Source: Deltaproteobacteria bacterium (GTDB lineage: Bacteria; Myxococcota; JACRCW01). From it: 64,000 bases of DNA. This document shows, piece after piece, positions 10,363-19,512 of the stretch. The notes below the pieces were generated by a model. That model had not been told where the DNA came from, made no database searches, and worked only from the letters and a program-made list of their open reading frames with translations. Made by a program: the position numbers and the translations under genes. The stretch covers positions 1 to 64,000 of the forward strand of contig JACRCW010000153.1 of the NCBI GenBank assembly GCA_016218805.1, read 5' to 3'. Position 1 is the first letter of the stretch, and every line of letters begins with the position of its first letter.

Positions 10363-11378
10363 CCACGCTGCTGCGGTGCAACCCGGACTTTGAAATGCGC
10401 CTGGCGCGGCAACCGCCGCCGTTGGGCCCGGCCGCGGAGGCGGCGGCGCTGGTGGCGCGGTTGTTTGCGCTGGCTGGACCCATGGGGAGCCGCGTGCAGC
10501 TGTTGTTGGGTGACGCGTGCACGGACCTGGACGGGGACGCGCTGCGCCGCCAGGCGCGTGCCGCCGGCCTCTATGACGAGACCGCGGCGGCGGCGGCGCC
10601 CTGGAATACGCCGGGCGACCACGCGGTCGCCTACGCGCGCGATGACCGCACGGCCGAGAACCCGCGCGAGGAGGAGGTGTCCGCGCGCTGCAACCGCAAG
10701 GACCTCTCCGCGCAGCTCGCGCGTTCTGAGGGTCTGGAGCCGGGCCTGTTTGCCCACGTGCGGGTGGTCACGTCCGTCGACGCGATCCGGGAGGCGCTGG
10801 CACGGGTGCCGGACGCCATGGCGGCCCACTGGGTGCTCAAACCCGTGCTCGGCTTTGCGGGCGGCGGGAGGGTGGCGGGGAGGGGCCGGACCCTGCCGGC
10901 GCGCGCGGCCGCCCGGGCGCAGGCGCACCTGCGGCGTGATGGAGCCCTGGTGCTGGAGCCGTGGGTGGAGCGCCTGGCGGACCACTCCACGCAACTGTTT
11001 GTGGACGACGACCTCACCGTGCGCCTCCTGTTCACCCTGGTGCTGCGCAACAACGCATCCGGCCGCTACCGGGGCAACGCCTCCCTGCCGGCGGACGACC
11101 CGGTGCGCCCCGCCTTGGAGCGCGCGGCGCGGGTGGCGGGGCGCTGGCTGGCCCACGCGGGCTACCGCGGGCCCGCGGGCGTGGACGCGTTTGTCTACCG
11201 TGACCCGCTCACCGGCGCGGTGGAGGTCCGCCCGCTCGTTGAGATCAACGCGCGGTTCACCCTGGGGCTGCTGGCGGCGTTTGCGGGGACCGGCGGCGGC
11301 CGGCGCGCCGGGTTCCACTTCCGCTTTGACACCGCGCAGCCGTTTGGGGAGTTCCGCGACGAGGCCGGCGAGCGCTGA
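10359..11378 (+). CDS. ATP-grasp fold protein (putative ligase)
   Basis: WVLKP, LVLEPWVER, GYRGPAGVDAF, VEINARFT; GTGA overlap with the DUF455 gene. Confidence 0.78.
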   Translation: MTTLLRCNPDFEMRLARQPPPLGPAAEAAALVARLFALAGPMGSRVQLLLGDACTDLDGDALRRQARAAGLYDETAAAAAPWNTPGDHAVAYARDDRTAENPREEEVSARCNRKDLSAQLARSEGLEPGLFAHVRVVTSVDAIREALARVPDAMAAHWVLKPVLGFAGGGRVAGRGRTLPARAAARAQAHLRRDGALVLEPWVERLADHSTQLFVDDDLTVRLLFTLVLRNNASGRYRGNASLPADDPVRPALERAARVAGRWLAHAGYRGPAGVDAFVYRDPLTGAVEVRPLVEINARFTLGLLAAFAGTGGGRRAGFHFRFDTAQPFGEFRDEAGER

Positions 11379-11430
11379 CGGCGGGCGGGATGTTGCCTCG
11401 GCGGAGCGACGGCCCCACTATTGGCCGATC

Positions 11431-13479
11431 ATGGCTTCCCCGGGACCGGTGCCCAAGCGTTTGGGCCGCTACGACATCATGGAGCGGCTGGCCACGGGAG
11501 GCATGGCCGAGATCTTCCTGGCGTGCGAGCGCGGCCTGCGGGGCATGGAGCGCCTGGTTGTCATCAAGAAGATCCTGCCGCACCTGGCGGTGCAGCAGAA
11601 CTTTGTGGACATGTTTGCGCAGGAAGCGCGCATTGCCGCGCGCCTGAGCCATCCCAACGTGGTGCAGATCCATGACCTGGTGGAGGATGGCGACGACATC
11701 ATCATTGTCATGGAATACGTACCCGGCTCCACGCTGCGCGAGCTGACCGAGGCGGCCGAGGAGTTGGGGCGGCCCATCCCGCCCGGCGCGGCGGTGGGCA
11801 TGGTGGTGCAGGCGTGCCGGGGCGCGCACGCCGCGCACGAACTCCGCGACGGGGTGAACCGCCCGCTGGGCCTGGTCCACCGGGACATCAGCCCGCACAA
11901 CCTGATGGTGACCAGCGACGGGAACGTGAAGCTGCTGGACTTTGGCATTGCCAAGGCGACGGAGGGCCTGGAGAACACGGCGACTGGAACGCTGAAGGGC
12001 AAGTACTGTTACATGAGTCCGGAACAGTGCAATCACCTGGCACTGGACCGCCGTTCTGACGTGTTTGCGCTGGGAATTGTGCTGTGGGAGCTGCTGGCGG
12101 GCACGCGCCTGTACAAGCGCGAGAGCGAGCTGGCGTCCATGCAGGCCATTGTCAACGAGGACGCGCCGCGCATCACCACGCTGCGCCCGGACGTGCCGGC
12201 GGCGGTGGCGGACGTGCTGGCGCGGGCGCTGGTGCGGGACCGGGAACACCGCACACCGTCCGCGGACGAGTTCCGCCGCGGCCTGGTGGAGGCCGCTGAG
12301 CAGTCCGGGCTGAGTGCCAATGAGGACGTGGTGGCCGCGCACGTGCGGGACACGCTGGGCGCGCAGCACGAGGACCGCCGCGCCCAGGTGGAGAAGGTGG
12401 TGGAGCGCACGCTGGCGCAGACGCCGTCCGTGTCATCCCCGGGGCGGCTGCGGCGCGCCGCGGTGGTGCCGCCCGCGGAGGACACGCACGACGCGGTCAC
12501 CGCCGTGGAGCGCAAGGTCCCCGTGCCGCCGGAGCCCGCGCCGCCGGTGGCGCCGGTGCACGCGTCGTCGCGTTGGCGCCGCGCGGTGGTGAGCGTGCTG
12601 GCCGCGCTGGGCGGCGCCGTGGTGGCGTGGACGGGCCTCATGTACTTCACGGGCGGCTTCCGCTCTGACCCGCCGCTCAAGGGACCGCCCGTGTACGTGG
12701 GGTTTCCGCCGGTGATGGACGCGGCGCTGCAGACGCGCGAACTGGAGCCGCTGCGCACCTACCTGGAGCGCACGCTGCTGCGGCCCGTGCGCTTCCCGGT
12801 GAACCGCAGTTACGACGAGACGGCCGCCCACGTGCTCAATGGCACCTACGCGTTTGGCAGCCTGCCCCCCTACCTGTACCTGAAGACCCACGCCAAGGAT
12901 GCGCGGGTGTTGCCGTTGGTCTTCAAGGCGTTTGAGGGCAGTTCCTCGGGGACGGAGGGCGTCCTGCTGGTCACTGACCAGGTGGCCGCCCAGACGATCA
13001 AGGAGACGGCGGGGCTGTCCTTCTGCTTCACCGACCCCAGCTCGCTGACGGGTTTCATCATGCCGCGCGCGGCTCTGAAGATGGCGGGGCTGGACCCGGA
13101 CGTGGCGGCGGCCCGGCGCCACTTTTCCGGAGACCACCTCCAGGTCCTGCGTGACCTGCTGGCGGGCCAGTGTGACGTGGGGGCAACGTTCTCCGGCGCG
13201 TACCTGTCCGCACCCCAGGCGGGCCTGCAGGTGGGCCGGCTGCGGATGCTGGCGGTGACGGGGCGCTCCCCGCAGGACGCCATCTGCGCGGGCCCCGCGG
13301 CCACGGAGCCGGAACGGCGCGCCCTCACCGAAGCGCTGGTGAAGTTTGATCCGCGCGTCCACGCCGGCGGTGTCAACGCGCTGGGAGAGGTGCAGCGCAT
13401 CACCGGGTTCAGCCCGGGGACGGACAAGGCCTACGAATCCCTCCGTGCCCAGCTTGCGCTGGCGGGAATGCTCAACTGA
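11431..13479 (+). CDS. membrane Ser/Thr protein kinase with C-terminal PhnD-type phosphate/phosphonate-binding domain
   Basis: LATGGMAEIF, VIKKI, HRDISPHN, DFG, YMSPE; one TM helix (AVVSVLAALGGAVVAWTGLMYF); then EPLRTYLE..SYDE, FTDPSSLTGFIMP, FSGDH..L..GQCDVGA. Confidence 0.9.
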   Translation: MASPGPVPKRLGRYDIMERLATGGMAEIFLACERGLRGMERLVVIKKILPHLAVQQNFVDMFAQEARIAARLSHPNVVQIHDLVEDGDDIIIVMEYVPGSTLRELTEAAEELGRPIPPGAAVGMVVQACRGAHAAHELRDGVNRPLGLVHRDISPHNLMVTSDGNVKLLDFGIAKATEGLENTATGTLKGKYCYMSPEQCNHLALDRRSDVFALGIVLWELLAGTRLYKRESELASMQAIVNEDAPRITTLRPDVPAAVADVLARALVRDREHRTPSADEFRRGLVEAAEQSGLSANEDVVAAHVRDTLGAQHEDRRAQVEKVVERTLAQTPSVSSPGRLRRAAVVPPAEDTHDAVTAVERKVPVPPEPAPPVAPVHASSRWRRAVVSVLAALGGAVVAWTGLMYFTGGFRSDPPLKGPPVYVGFPPVMDAALQTRELEPLRTYLERTLLRPVRFPVNRSYDETAAHVLNGTYAFGSLPPYLYLKTHAKDARVLPLVFKAFEGSSSGTEGVLLVTDQVAAQTIKETAGLSFCFTDPSSLTGFIMPRAALKMAGLDPDVAAARRHFSGDHLQVLRDLLAGQCDVGATFSGAYLSAPQAGLQVGRLRMLAVTGRSPQDAICAGPAATEPERRALTEALVKFDPRVHAGGVNALGEVQRITGFSPGTDKAYESLRAQLALAGMLN

Positions 13480-13578
13480 CCCGCCGCCCGGCGACGCAGT
13501 GAGTCATCCGGGCGAAACAGTGCTTCCGCCCCGGCTCCCGCCTGCTACGCTTCCGTCGACGGACAAGGGAGGCAGGGC

Positions 13579-16500
13579 ATGGGCACGGGCTATTCGCGCC
13601 GGTGGCTGAGCGGCGCGTTGTGTGTGGCGGGAATGTTCTTGCTGGCGCGCTGCGCCGGCTGCAACCCATCCTCCAACCCGGTTGACGACGAGGGGACCGG
13701 AGACGTCGGCGCGGCGTGCTCCACGCCAGGCGCCTGCCGCACCGGGTTGCTGTGCGTGTCCGGGACGTGCCAGGCGCCCAACCCGGTGGATGGCGGCGGC
13801 TCCTCCTCGTCGTCGTCGTCTTCGTCCGGGTCCACGTCCTCTGGCGGCGCGGACGGCGGCGGCGGGGACGCGTCCGTGCCCACGGGCGTGCTGACCATCA
13901 CGCCCTTCCCGGAGGCCGAGTTCGGCGCGCAGCGCATTGGGACACCGGTGGGCGTGAACATCTTTGCCACCAACACGGGCAACGCGCCGTTCACCGTCAT
14001 CTTGGTCCTGCTGGACGGCAACCCGACCAGCGAATTTGCGGCAGAGCCCACCGGGTCACTCAACCGCGTCATGCAGCCGCAGGATGAGCTGGTCATCCGC
14101 GTCACGCACACGCCGGCAGATGGCACACCGGACCGGGCGCAACTCAAGCTGGTCACGTCCCTGGACCCCAGCACGCCGGTGAGCGTGGACCTGGTGGCGG
14201 TGTTCAAGGGGACTCCGGTGGTGAGCGTGACCACCGACGTGGCGCAGGTGAGCCCGTCCATCACCGCCACGGACCTGGGGTTGGCGCCGCTGGGCACCAC
14301 GCTCGCGCGGCAGGTGTACGTGCGCAACACGGGGGCGGCCAACTCCGTGCTCACGTTGCAGGGGCTCACGGTCACGCCGCTCAGCGGCGCGTTTGCGGCA
14401 ACCGCCGGGACGGTGGCCGGCCGGGTGCTCTCGCCGTTCACCGGGTTCTGCGGCACCGGTGGCACCTGCCCGGCGGACCACCCCACCTGCCAGGGCACCA
14501 TGTGCATTGACGCGGACGGCGTCACCGCGGACACGCTGGTGGTGACCGTGGAGTTCACGCCCACCGCGGCGGGGCCCACGCAGGCCATCCTGACGCTGTC
14601 CCACACGGACGGCACCACGGACGCGCAGACCTCCATCACGCTGGACGGCAGCGGCGCCCGCGGCGTGCTCAGCGTGACGCCGGGGGCGGTGGATTTTGGG
14701 ACGGTGTTCGTGGGGCGGCGGGCGGACCGGCCGGTGGTGCTGCAGAACGTGGGTGACGCCACGCTGGCCATTGACCTGCCCGCGGTGACGGGTGCGGCGG
14801 CGTTCACGTCAGACGCCACAGCGGCGCTGGTGCTGGCGCCCGCCCAGGCGGCGTCCGTGGTCCTGCGGGTGGAGCCACAGCTGCCAGGTCCGCTGGCCGG
14901 GACGCTGCAGATCCGCGGCCCGGATATTGAACCCTTGGATGTCCCCCTGTCCGCCAACGCGCGCCACGCGCCGGAGATCCTGGTGGAACCGTGGCTGTCG
15001 TTCGGGAGCGTTTACGTGGACACCACACGCACGCTGCCGCTGCGCATCCGCAATGGCGGGCCGGGCGCGCTGTCCATCCTCAGCATCGCCGTGGAGGGCA
15101 CGGCCGCCGGGCGCTACAGCCTGTCCCCACCGTCGTTCCCGGACGCGTTGGACCCGCTGGCGGCGCCCACGGACAATGACCCCTCACTGCGGCTGGACGT
15201 CTCCTACCGGCCGTTGGGACCGCCCAACCTGGTGGAGGACCGCGCCACGCTGGTGCTGACCACGGATGACCCGGACGCCCCGCGCGCGGAGGTGACGCTG
15301 TCCGGGCTGGGGGTGCACCCGGTGGTGGTGGTGCAGCCCACCTCGCTGTCCTTTGGGGACGTGCGCGTGGGCGGGGTGCCCGCGGAAAGGACCCTCACCG
15401 TCTACAACAACGGCATCGGCCCGCTTTCCCTGACGTCGCTGTCCACGGGCGGTGGCGCGTTTGTGCTGGCCAATCCCCCGCTGCTCCCTGCGGCGGTGTC
15501 ACTGGGAGCGCCGCTGGTGCTCACCGTGCGGTTCACGCCTGCGGGCCTGGGGGCCGCCTCGGACGTGCTGAACATCACCTCTGACGACGTGGCGACGCCG
15601 TTGGTGGCCGTGCCGCTGTCCGGCAACGGCGCGCTGGGCGCGCTGACCCCCACGCCCGCCAGCCTGGCGTTTGGCGAGGTGTTCGTGGCGCGCACGGAGC
15701 GGGCCACGGTCAGCGTGCAGAACACGGGCACGGCGGACGTGCAGGTGACCGGGGCCCGCGTGGACGGGAATTCCGCGTTCCGCTGGGTGGCGCCGGGCAC
15801 GCCGTTCACGCTGGCTCCCGCCGCCACGCGTGCGCTGGAGGTGGAGTTTGCCCCCATTGCCGAAGGACAAGGCCTCAGCGCGCAGGCGGTGCTGGAGACG
15901 GACCTGCCCACGCCGCTGATCGTGCAACTGTCCGGCAGTGCGCGCGCGGAGCCCACGGTGCTGGTGCCTGCGTCGGTGGACTTCGGGTCGGTGGACACGC
16001 TGTCCACCCGCGTGCTGGACGTGCCCATCCGCAACCTGGGGCCCGGACTGCTCAGCGTCACCAGCCTCACCATCACCGGTCCCGGCGCCGCGCGTTTTGC
16101 CGCCACGCCCACGGGCTTTGCGGGGTCACTCCCGCCGTTGGCCACGCCCTCCAGCCCCACGCCGGCCTTCACGCTGGCGGTGAGCTACCAGCCCGCCGCG
16201 CCCGTGACGCTGCTGGCGGACGTGGCCACGCTGCACGTCTTCACCGACGATCCCGACACGCCCGACGCCACCGTGGAGTTGGCGGGCGTGGGCCGCCGTC
16301 CGGTGGTGGGCGTCAACCCGCTGGCCGTGACGTTCCCCGACACGCGTTCCGGAACCGCCTCCAGCCCCATCACGGTGAGCGTGTTCAACAACGGCGCGGG
16401 TCCACTCACCCTCACCGCGCTGGAGATCGCCGGGGCGGCGTTCTCGCTGGCGGCGGCGCCGGCACTGCCCACCACAGTGCTGCCCAGCTCGCCGGCCACG

Positions 16501-19161
16501 CTTGGCGTGGTGTTCGCGCCCTCATCCGTGGGGAGCGCCACCGGCACGCTCACCGTGCGCACGGATGACCTGGCCAATCCCGCCGTCACCCTCACGCTGT
16601 CCGGCAACGGTACCCAGGGGCTGCTGGTGGCGGAGCCGGCCGCGTTGTCGTTCGGAGACACCTTCACCGGGCGCACGTACACGCGCACCGTCACGGTGAC
16701 CAACCGCGGCAGCGCAGCGCTGAACGTGACGGGCGCCTCCGTGTCGCCGGCGGGCACCGCGTTCTCGTTTGCCCCGGCGTCCTTCCCCGTGGCGCTGGCC
16801 CCCAATGCGTCCACCACGCTGACCGCGCGCTTCAATCCCAGCGCTGCCGGGGCCGCGGTGGCGCAGGGCCTGGTCAGCCATGACAGCGGGCCGGACGCCG
16901 TGGCGCAGCTGTCCGGGAATGCGCGCGCGGAGCCCACGGTGCTGGTCCCCGCCAGCGTGGACTTTGGGCTGGTCTACGTGGGCACACCGTCCACGCGGGA
17001 GGTTGCCATCCGCAACCTGGGACCGGGCACGCTGTCCGTCCGCGGCATCCGCGTCACGGGCGGCGGGACGGCGCGCTACTCGGTGAGCCCCACGTCCTTC
17101 ACCGGCACGCTGGCGCCGCTGGCGTCGCCATCGGACACGGACCCGCGGTTTGCGCTCAGCGTGACGTACCTGCCGGTGGCACCGGTGACGGGCGCGGCGG
17201 ACGTGGCCACCGTGGAGATTGACACCGACGATCCGGACACACCGACGGCGAGCGTGGCGGTCTCCGGCACGGCGATCCTCCCGGTGATGACGCTGGACCG
17301 CACGGCGGTGGACTTTGGCGTCAACACGGTGGGCATGGCCGCCACGCCGCAGGACATCTCCGTGCGCAACACGGGCGCCGGCCCGCTGGTGATCACCGCG
17401 GTGTCCATCCCCAATGGCACGCCGTTTGGCTTCACCCTTGTGGGCGCCACGCTGCCCGTGACGCTCCAGGCGGGCGGACTGCCGCTGGTCATCCGCACCA
17501 CGTTCACCGCGCCGTCAGCGCAGGCGTTCTCCACGGCGCTGTCCATCTCCGGAACGGACGCCGCCAACCCCACCGCCACGGTGACCCTGTCGGGCTCGGG
17601 CAAACCGTGTGACCCGCGCGCGGGCGCGTCCTTTGTGCAGAGCGGCGCGTCCTGCACGTACGCCTGCCTGGCCAACCGCTGGGACCTGGACGGTGACCTC
17701 AACGCGGGCACCAGCAACGGCTGCGAATACACCTGCACGTTTGTCACCGCCGTGGACAACCCGGATGACGCGTTCAACGACGATGACTGCGACGGCACCG
17801 ACGGTGACACGGCGCTGGACGTGTTTGTGGACGGCGCCAACGGCGACAACGCCAACGCCGGCACGCGCACCGCGCCCAAGCGCACCATTGCCGAGGGCAT
17901 CAATGCGGCGGCGGGCGGCCGTTTTGTCCTCGTCGCGCAGGCGTCCTACACGGAGTCCATCACCCTGCGGAACGGCGTCTCCGTTGTGGGCGGGTATGTG
18001 GCCGGGAACCCGCGCTGGGTCCGCACGGCCACCAACCGCGCCAGCGTCCAGGGCGGCGTCACCGCGGTCACCGCCACCGGCATCTCCCTGGCCACCCGCC
18101 TGGAGAGCCTGCTCATCACGGCGGCCAACAACGCCGCCGCCAGCGGCTCATCCATTGGCGTGAAGGCGTTCAACGCGGACGGGCTGCAGCTGGTGAACCT
18201 GGAGGTCACCGCCGGCACCGGCGGGGCGGGGACCAATGGCGCCAACGGCACGGCAGGCGCCGGCGGCGGCAACGGCGGGGCGGGCGTGGCGGGTTGTGAC
18301 GGTTGCAGCGGGAACGGCACGGCCGGCACGGCAGGCAGCCCGGTGGGGGTGTGCGCCAATGGCGTGGCAGCGGGCGCGGGCGGCACGGGCGGCACGGGCG
18401 GGTACGGCGCCGGCAGCGGGACCAATGGGCAGACCGGTGGTCCGGCAGGAACGGGCGGCGCGGGCGGCGGCGGCGGCGCGGGGGATGGGTCACACAGCTG
18501 CGCGTGGGGCTGTGGCAGCGGCGGCAACCCCGGCGGCAACGGCAGCGCGGGTGCCGGCGGGGGGGCGGTCACGGACGCCAACGGTGGCGCGTCCACGGGC
18601 ACCATTGACGTCAACGGCATGTGGCAGCCCAGCAACGGCGGGACGGGCGCACACGGCAACAACGGCACCGGAGGTGGCGGCGGCGGCGGCGGCGGCGGGA
18701 CGGACTGCTGCCTGGATGACCGCGGCGGCGGCGGTGGCGGCGGCGGCGCGGGCGGTTGCGGCGGCCAGCGCGGGACGGGCGGTGCCGGCGGCGGGGCGTC
18801 CATTGCGGTGCTTGCCGTAGCCAGTGACCTGGTCATCCGGGACTGCACGCTGCGCGCCGGCAGCGGCGGCAAGGGCGGAGATGCGGGCAGCGGCGGCGGC
18901 GGCGGCGTGGGTGGCGGTGGGGGCGCGTTTGGCGCGGCCGCGGATGACGGGGACCGCGGCGGCAGCGGTGCCGGCGGCGGCAACGGCGCGCGCGGCGCGC
19001 ACGGCGGCGGCGGCGGCGGCGGCGAAAGCTGGTGCGTCTACCGCTCCGGCGGCGCCGCGCCGACGTTGAGCGGTACGACGATGCTGGCGGGCAGCGCCGG
19101 GCTGGGCGGGTCCAGCCCGGGCAACGCGGGCGCGGCGGGGAGCGCCGGGCAGCTCAAGTGA
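13579..19161 (+). CDS. 1860-aa secreted/lipoprotein with tandem choice-of-anchor D (ASH Ig-like) domains, DUF1565-like segment and Gly-rich C-terminus
   Basis: Hydrophobic N-terminus followed by Cys (ARCAGC), Ser linker, repeated 'P.(S/A)(L/V).FG.V...V.N.G...L' Ig-like units, DDDCDG, GTRTAPKRTIAEGI and a long Gly-rich tract. Confidence 0.85.
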   Translation: MGTGYSRRWLSGALCVAGMFLLARCAGCNPSSNPVDDEGTGDVGAACSTPGACRTGLLCVSGTCQAPNPVDGGGSSSSSSSSSGSTSSGGADGGGGDASVPTGVLTITPFPEAEFGAQRIGTPVGVNIFATNTGNAPFTVILVLLDGNPTSEFAAEPTGSLNRVMQPQDELVIRVTHTPADGTPDRAQLKLVTSLDPSTPVSVDLVAVFKGTPVVSVTTDVAQVSPSITATDLGLAPLGTTLARQVYVRNTGAANSVLTLQGLTVTPLSGAFAATAGTVAGRVLSPFTGFCGTGGTCPADHPTCQGTMCIDADGVTADTLVVTVEFTPTAAGPTQAILTLSHTDGTTDAQTSITLDGSGARGVLSVTPGAVDFGTVFVGRRADRPVVLQNVGDATLAIDLPAVTGAAAFTSDATAALVLAPAQAASVVLRVEPQLPGPLAGTLQIRGPDIEPLDVPLSANARHAPEILVEPWLSFGSVYVDTTRTLPLRIRNGGPGALSILSIAVEGTAAGRYSLSPPSFPDALDPLAAPTDNDPSLRLDVSYRPLGPPNLVEDRATLVLTTDDPDAPRAEVTLSGLGVHPVVVVQPTSLSFGDVRVGGVPAERTLTVYNNGIGPLSLTSLSTGGGAFVLANPPLLPAAVSLGAPLVLTVRFTPAGLGAASDVLNITSDDVATPLVAVPLSGNGALGALTPTPASLAFGEVFVARTERATVSVQNTGTADVQVTGARVDGNSAFRWVAPGTPFTLAPAATRALEVEFAPIAEGQGLSAQAVLETDLPTPLIVQLSGSARAEPTVLVPASVDFGSVDTLSTRVLDVPIRNLGPGLLSVTSLTITGPGAARFAATPTGFAGSLPPLATPSSPTPAFTLAVSYQPAAPVTLLADVATLHVFTDDPDTPDATVELAGVGRRPVVGVNPLAVTFPDTRSGTASSPITVSVFNNGAGPLTLTALEIAGAAFSLAAAPALPTTVLPSSPATLGVVFAPSSVGSATGTLTVRTDDLANPAVTLTLSGNGTQGLLVAEPAALSFGDTFTGRTYTRTVTVTNRGSAALNVTGASVSPAGTAFSFAPASFPVALAPNASTTLTARFNPSAAGAAVAQGLVSHDSGPDAVAQLSGNARAEPTVLVPASVDFGLVYVGTPSTREVAIRNLGPGTLSVRGIRVTGGGTARYSVSPTSFTGTLAPLASPSDTDPRFALSVTYLPVAPVTGAADVATVEIDTDDPDTPTASVAVSGTAILPVMTLDRTAVDFGVNTVGMAATPQDISVRNTGAGPLVITAVSIPNGTPFGFTLVGATLPVTLQAGGLPLVIRTTFTAPSAQAFSTALSISGTDAANPTATVTLSGSGKPCDPRAGASFVQSGASCTYACLANRWDLDGDLNAGTSNGCEYTCTFVTAVDNPDDAFNDDDCDGTDGDTALDVFVDGANGDNANAGTRTAPKRTIAEGINAAAGGRFVLVAQASYTESITLRNGVSVVGGYVAGNPRWVRTATNRASVQGGVTAVTATGISLATRLESLLITAANNAAASGSSIGVKAFNADGLQLVNLEVTAGTGGAGTNGANGTAGAGGGNGGAGVAGCDGCSGNGTAGTAGSPVGVCANGVAAGAGGTGGTGGYGAGSGTNGQTGGPAGTGGAGGGGGAGDGSHSCAWGCGSGGNPGGNGSAGAGGGAVTDANGGASTGTIDVNGMWQPSNGGTGAHGNNGTGGGGGGGGGGTDCCLDDRGGGGGGGGAGGCGGQRGTGGAGGGASIAVLAVASDLVIRDCTLRAGSGGKGGDAGSGGGGGVGGGGGAFGAAADDGDRGGSGAGGGNGARGAHGGGGGGGESWCVYRSGGAAPTLSGTTMLAGSAGLGGSSPGNAGAAGSAGQLK

Positions 19162-19167
19162 GGGAAC

Positions 19168-19512
19168 TCAGCCGCGCCGGCTGGCAAGGCCCGCGCGGAC
19201 GCGCTGCACGCGGGTGTTGAACTCGGCGGCGTCCACTTCGTCCACCTCTCCGTCAGGGAAGGAGACACGCGTCAGGTATTGCATGGCGCGGACAAACTCT
19301 CCCGTGGCCCAGTCCAGCGCCTCCACGTCCATGCCGCCGCCCGGCGTGGCCACCGTCCGCACCGGGCGATCACCCACCACGAAGTAGCGCCCGGCCAGCG
19401 ACGGCACGCGCGGTGCGCTCCCGTCGGGGGACAGCCCCACCGGGTCGTTCCAACGCTCGCCGAGGGTCGACTTGGGGGCGGGGGGGTGCGTCGGCTTTGC
19501 CATGGGGCTCAC
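19168..19512 (-). CDS. small hypothetical protein, candidate immunity protein/antitoxin
   Basis: 114 aa (111 aa from ATG 19503). GTG start overlaps the upstream TGA (GTGA). Globular-looking RYFVVGDRPV..GGMDVEALDWATGEF. Function inferred from position only. Confidence 0.7.
   Translation of the reverse strand: MSPMAKPTHPPAPKSTLGERWNDPVGLSPDGSAPRVPSLAGRYFVVGDRPVRTVATPGGGMDVEALDWATGEFVRAMQYLTRVSFPDGEVDEVDAAEFNTRVQRVRAGLASRRG

Noticed and set aside
10390..11430. 347-aa N-terminal extension of the kinase ORF
   Set aside because: Arg/Trp-rich alternative frame overlapping the ATP-grasp gene; the kinase most plausibly starts at ATG 11431.
18210..19161. Mycobacterial PE-PGRS or collagen gene
   Set aside because: No PE domain and no strict Gly-X-Y collagen register; the similarity is compositional only.
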